This document shows positions 8,635 through 11,171 of a DNA stretch of 11,171 nt, piece after piece. The notes under the pieces are model-generated. The model saw only the letters and a program-made list of their open reading frames with translations. It searched no databases and had not been told where the DNA came from. The position numbers and the translations under genes were made by a program. This stretch comes from Bacteriovoracaceae bacterium (GTDB taxonomy: Bacteria; Bdellovibrionota; Bacteriovoracia; Bacteriovoracales; Bacteriovoracaceae). Every line of letters starts with the position of its first letter. Positions within the stretch are counted from its first letter, which is position 1. Where the stretch lies: contig JBMYPC010000103.1 in NCBI GenBank assembly GCA_049599895.1, positions 1-11,171 of the forward strand. Reading direction: 5' to 3'.

Positions 8635-9965
8635 AAAAAATTAACATTAATCCATTAGACAGGTCAAATTCGCATCTTCGCCGATACTTTGAGGGGAAGT
8701 CGTTTCTTATTGTTGACCCTTCTAACACGATTCGACCGATTATCAAGAAACTCATGATTGAACTTAAAGCCGAACAGATCAACAAAGTTCCCGAAACATT
8801 TGCTGAATACGAAGATATTATTAATAGCACCTGTCCCTATTATATTTTTTCAACACAGAACTTTAAAAATAAGTCAGTCGAACCCCTCGTCAATTTGCAC
8901 ACTCAAATCAGACCCGATCGAATGAACTCTGGCTTTTATGTTATTACAGACAATAACTCCATGGCCTCAGCCTCATCAAAGATTGATAGTGAAATCGATG
9001 CGGTTATCTCCGCTCCATTCACAAAGCAAAGTGTTTATAAGACGTTGTTTCAATCATTTAATAAAAAAGCGAAGCCAAGTGAGTATGACAAACTTGTCAA
9101 TGAAGGTCGAAAGTCATTCTTTGAAGAGGACTTTGAAACAGCAACTCAACCATTAAGAGAAGCAAAGTTTCTTGGAAAAAAACCAGTTCTTGCTCATTAT
9201 TATTTAGGTCTTATTGAATTTAAAAATAAAAACTTTGATCAGGCCATCGGCTGTTTTGAACAAGCTTTAATGATCAAACAAGATCACTATAGAAGTCTTA
9301 ACCGTTATTTAGAATCAGCACTTAAGATTAACAATTTAAAAAAGGCTTACAGTGCAGCCTCAACAATATTAGATCATTACCCTATTCCTGCTGATAAAAT
9401 CCCAACTTTTATAAAGCTCTCTGTTGCCAATCAAAAGTATGAAGATATCTTTCGTTATGCTGAACTCTTTACTGACCTTGAAGAAAGAAATGATGATCTC
9501 CATAAACACATTGCTGCCGGACTCGCCATTTGTGGTAAATATTTTCTGAAGGCAAACGATCTCAAAAAAGGGAAAGAGATTCTTGTGAAAGCTTCTGAGA
9601 TGGCGAGAGGGAACTTTCAAATTATTCAAACAGTTTGTCTCACGCTTATTAGTCATAAAATCACCTGTACTGTTGATGAAATCATGCTTCGAGTTGGTGA
9701 GTACCACGAATTTAGCGAAGAATATAAAGTCTTTGAGTTTGAAATTTTCAGTTATTATGGAAAGCCAGCAAAAATTGTTCAAGAAGGTCTTAACTACATT
9801 CAAAAGGGAGTGAAAACGCCTAGGATTTATGAAGCTGTAATTAAGGCATCAATTGATATTGAGAGAAAGAAAGATCTTATCGAAGATATTGTGATTGAGG
9901 CGAAAAAAGCTTTTCCGGAGCACGGAAATAAGTACGAGAGGATGTTAAAGAATATAAGTTATTAA
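8631..9965 (+). CDS. Degenerate receiver (REC-like) domain plus tetratricopeptide-repeat protein
   Basis: FLIVDPSNTIRPIIKKLM...PYYIFST...FYVIT...IDAVISAPF follows receiver topology. AHYYLGLIEFKNKNFDQAIGCFEQALMIKQDH is a canonical TPR. Confidence 0.8.
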   Translation: MKKININPLDRSNSHLRRYFEGKSFLIVDPSNTIRPIIKKLMIELKAEQINKVPETFAEYEDIINSTCPYYIFSTQNFKNKSVEPLVNLHTQIRPDRMNSGFYVITDNNSMASASSKIDSEIDAVISAPFTKQSVYKTLFQSFNKKAKPSEYDKLVNEGRKSFFEEDFETATQPLREAKFLGKKPVLAHYYLGLIEFKNKNFDQAIGCFEQALMIKQDHYRSLNRYLESALKINNLKKAYSAASTILDHYPIPADKIPTFIKLSVANQKYEDIFRYAELFTDLEERNDDLHKHIAAGLAICGKYFLKANDLKKGKEILVKASEMARGNFQIIQTVCLTLISHKITCTVDEIMLRVGEYHEFSEEYKVFEFEIFSYYGKPAKIVQEGLNYIQKGVKTPRIYEAVIKASIDIERKKDLIEDIVIEAKKAFPEHGNKYERMLKNISY

Positions 9966-9981
9966 TTGTTCGATTGCACAG

Positions 9982-10011
9982 TTGACGGATCATCAACAAA
10001 AAATTTAGTAT
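9982..10011 (+). promoter_or_regulatory. Putative sigma70 promoter for the tRNA locus
   Basis: TTGACG (9982-9987), 18-nt spacer, TAGTAT (10006-10011), about 25 nt upstream of the first tRNA 5' end at 10037. Confidence 0.55.
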
Positions 10012-10033
10012 TCACCACCTAGATCTCACTAGA

Positions 10034-10049
10034 TAAGCGGGTGTAGCTC
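10034..10049 (+). repeat. Duplicated 5' fragment of tRNA-Gly (3 nt of flank plus tRNA nt 1-13)
   Basis: TAAGCGGGTGTAGCTC at 10034-10049 is identical to 10147-10162. Confidence 0.95.
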
Positions 10050-10146
10050 CCGGTCTGCAGCAAAAGTGTCCAGAGGACAGTTTTGATGCACGAGCGGACA
10101 GACAGATCTCGTTAAGAGATCTGGTAAAACACCAAGTTTCGAATTT
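10050..10146 (+). mobile_element. Putative miniature hairpin element, copy A (97 bp), between 16-bp direct repeats of the tRNA 5' end
   Basis: Begins CCGG. The 50-nt core 10050-10099 folds as an imperfect hairpin and is 38/50 identical to the reverse complement of 10276-10325. A second palindrome, CAGATCTC-GTTAA-GAGATCTG, lies at 10103-10123. Mobility is inferred. Confidence 0.7.
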
Positions 10147-10149
10147 TAA

Positions 10150-10225
10150 GCGGGTGTAGCTCAGTTGATAGAGTGGTTGCTTGCCATGCAACAGGTCGTG
10201 GGTTTGAGTCCCATCACCCGCTCCA
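10150..10225 (+). tRNA. tRNA-Gly (anticodon GCC)
   Basis: 76-nt cloverleaf: acceptor GCGGGTG/CACCCGC, D-stem GCTC/GAGT, anticodon stem GTTGC/GCAAC with loop TTGCCAT (GCC at 10183-10185), T-stem GTGGG/CCCAT, discriminator T73 and encoded CCA. G1-C72, C2-G71 and U73 are bacterial Gly identity elements. Confidence 0.96.
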
Positions 10226-10325
10226 CTATTCCAAGTCTTTTAGTTTTCAAAGTAAGTGCTTATGGCCTGCAACGAGTCCGCTTATGCATCAATGCTTGCC
10301 ACTGGCAACCATTGCTGCAAACCGG
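10226..10325 (-). mobile_element. Putative miniature hairpin element, copy B (100 bp), between 44-bp direct repeats of the tRNA 3' half
   Basis: On the minus strand it begins CCGG at 10325 and reads CCGGTTTGCAGCAATGGTTGCCAGTGGCAAGCATTGATGCATAAGCGGAC, the same hairpin as copy A. Mobility is inferred. Confidence 0.7.
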
Positions 10326-10369
10326 TGCCATGCAACAGGTCGTGGGTTTGAGTCCCATCACCCGCTCCA
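10326..10369 (+). repeat. Duplicated 3' fragment of tRNA-Gly (anticodon loop to CCA), possibly also an att core
   Basis: The 44 nt TGCCATGCAACAGGTCGTGGGTTTGAGTCCCATCACCCGCTCCA are identical to 10182-10225. Confidence 0.97.
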
Positions 10370-10402
10370 AAAAATTCACTAACATTCGATAAACCAAAAT
10401 AA

Positions 10403-10440
10403 TCACCAATGATTTTAAACATTTGTAATCATTAGGGTGA
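10403..10440. repeat. Imperfect inverted repeat downstream of the tRNA 3' fragment (possible terminator or att-associated structure)
   Basis: TCACC-AATGATT (10403-10414) pairs with AATCATT-AG-GGTGA (10427-10440). AT-rich, with no clean poly-T tail. Confidence 0.45.
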
Positions 10441-10493
10441 CTTATCTTAGAACTTTTAAACATTTCACAGAATTTCAGCTTATTTCAAAATTT

Positions 10494-10521
10494 GGTTACT
10501 TTTTGGTTACCCATAGGTTAC
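10494..10521 (+). repeat. Three GGTTAC direct repeats at 11-bp period; putative tyrosine-integrase arm-type sites
   Basis: GGTTAC at 10494-10499, 10505-10510 and 10516-10521. Confidence 0.7.
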
Positions 10522-10774
10522 CTCGTAGCATACCTATTTTCTGAGCTACAAACCGTAGCACTTAATCACTCTAAACGACTTAAATTAAAAAACAAATTTG
10601 CGGCAAGTGAGCTTGCCAAAAATTTTTACTTTAAAACAAGCGCTGCCTTGCCATTTGGAAGGCACACCCATTTTTCATTCATTCAAAATTGTAAAGCAAT
10701 AGATCTAGAGAGCTATTTGGAAAGAGCAATTAAAGATATTGATATTAACTTTTTGATTCAAAGGAGAATGCAAA

Positions 10775-11171
10775 ATGCAGCAGACCATTGAAGGAAAATG
10801 CGACAAAAAAAGCACTACTGATGCAGCAGTGATTTTAAAGAAAATGCGCGACTTAAAAGGACTTTCTCGCAAACAAGCTGGAATTATTTTTAACGTCACA
10901 TTTAAGACTATTGAAAAGCTTGAAAATGGACGTGGCAAAATTGATGAGCAAAGACTTGTCTCATTTGCAACAGGCTACGGTTTCACACTTGATGACCTTA
11001 TGAAAATTAAGAATGGGCAATACGACACGGACTTATCCTTAAAAAGTCGTATCAAAAAAGAGAAAGACCCACTTAGAAGGGACAGGAGGTTTTGCAAACC
11101 AAATATAACAAAAGAGTGCAAAGCTTTAAGGCAACTTCGAGAGAAAAGAAATATATCTCAATACAAACTAA
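10775..11171 (+). CDS. XRE-family helix-turn-helix protein with at least two HTH domains; truncated by the window end and absent from the ORF track
   Basis: AAGGAG at 10761-10766 and ATG at 10775. The open frame reads MQQTIEGKCDKKSTTDAAVILKKMRDLKGLSRKQAGIIFNVTFKTIEKLENGRGKIDEQRLVSFATGYGFTLDDL...KECKALRQLREKRNISQYKL. The first XRE domain is complete and the second begins at LRQLREKRNISQ. Confidence 0.88.
   Translation, partial: MQQTIEGKCDKKSTTDAAVILKKMRDLKGLSRKQAGIIFNVTFKTIEKLENGRGKIDEQRLVSFATGYGFTLDDLMKIKNGQYDTDLSLKSRIKKEKDPLRRDRRFCKPNITKECKALRQLREKRNISQYKL

Larger units (their letters stand above)
10370..11171. mobile_element. Probable left end of a tRNA-Gly-integrated genomic island or prophage-like element
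   Basis: AT-rich non-coding stretch directly after a tRNA 3' end, arm-type-like direct repeats at 10494-10521, and an XRE regulator gene. No integrase or distal att is visible in the window. Confidence 0.55.

Noticed and set aside
136..9803. Short alternative-frame and antisense ORFs in the track (e.g. 136-330, 1257-1466, 3366-3644, 4784-5197, 9369-9803)
   Set aside because: All lie within well-supported longer genes and show no recognisable motifs, so they are treated as shadow ORFs.
10050..10325. Integron attC sites or a classical MITE/composite transposon carrying the tRNA
   Set aside because: The hairpins lack RYYYAAC/GTTRRRY ends and there are no cassette ORFs. The sequences flanking the pair are different tRNA fragments, not a shared short target duplication, so two separate insertions fit better.
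10034..10369. Possible CRISPR array (repeats separated by unique sequence)
   Set aside because: The repeats are tRNA fragments of unequal length, each present only twice, the spacers are about 100 bp, and no cas genes are present.
10326..10369. Second complete tRNA gene or intron-split tRNA
   Set aside because: It lacks the D-arm and the 5' strand of the anticodon stem. Joining the outer fragments would omit tRNA nt 14-32, so splicing could not give a full tRNA.
10165..10463. ORFs 10165-10392, 10173-10382 and 10260-10463 with internally repeated peptides
   Set aside because: They overlap the tRNA gene, and the peptide repeats simply reflect the 44-bp tRNA duplication.
10492..10938. ORFs 10492-10791 (+) and 10705-10938 (-)
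   Set aside because: The first has a TTG start inside the GGTTAC repeats, no ribosome-binding site and no recognisable motif. The second is antisense to the XRE gene.

Overview
Bacterial chromosomal window, probably Bdellovibrionota (Bacteriovorax/Halobacteriovorax-like). That taxonomy is an inference from the gene content and protein style. The left part holds a lipoprotein cytochrome c, converging on a minus-strand run of lpdA, a 2-oxoacid dehydrogenase E2, a GNAT, and two paralogous proteins that fuse a type IV prepilin N-terminus to a phage tail-fibre S74 autocleaving chaperone domain. The middle is a plus-strand run: DEDDh exonuclease-WYL fusion, small membrane protein, KamA/EpmB radical SAM enzyme, hypothetical protein, and pseudo-receiver/TPR protein. 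The right part is the most unusual. A tRNA-Gly(GCC) gene with an A19-U56 elbow is bracketed by two ~100-bp non-coding elements in opposite orientation. Each starts with CCGG, abuts a duplicated tRNA fragment and carries a 50-nt hairpin whose stem differences are all compensatory. The variable hairpin arm of each copy matches that copy's own insertion junction, which suggests a miniature, possibly self-guided, tRNA-targeting element. Beyond it lie three GGTTAC repeats at 11-bp spacing and a tandem-XRE gene, consistent with the left end of an integrated island.
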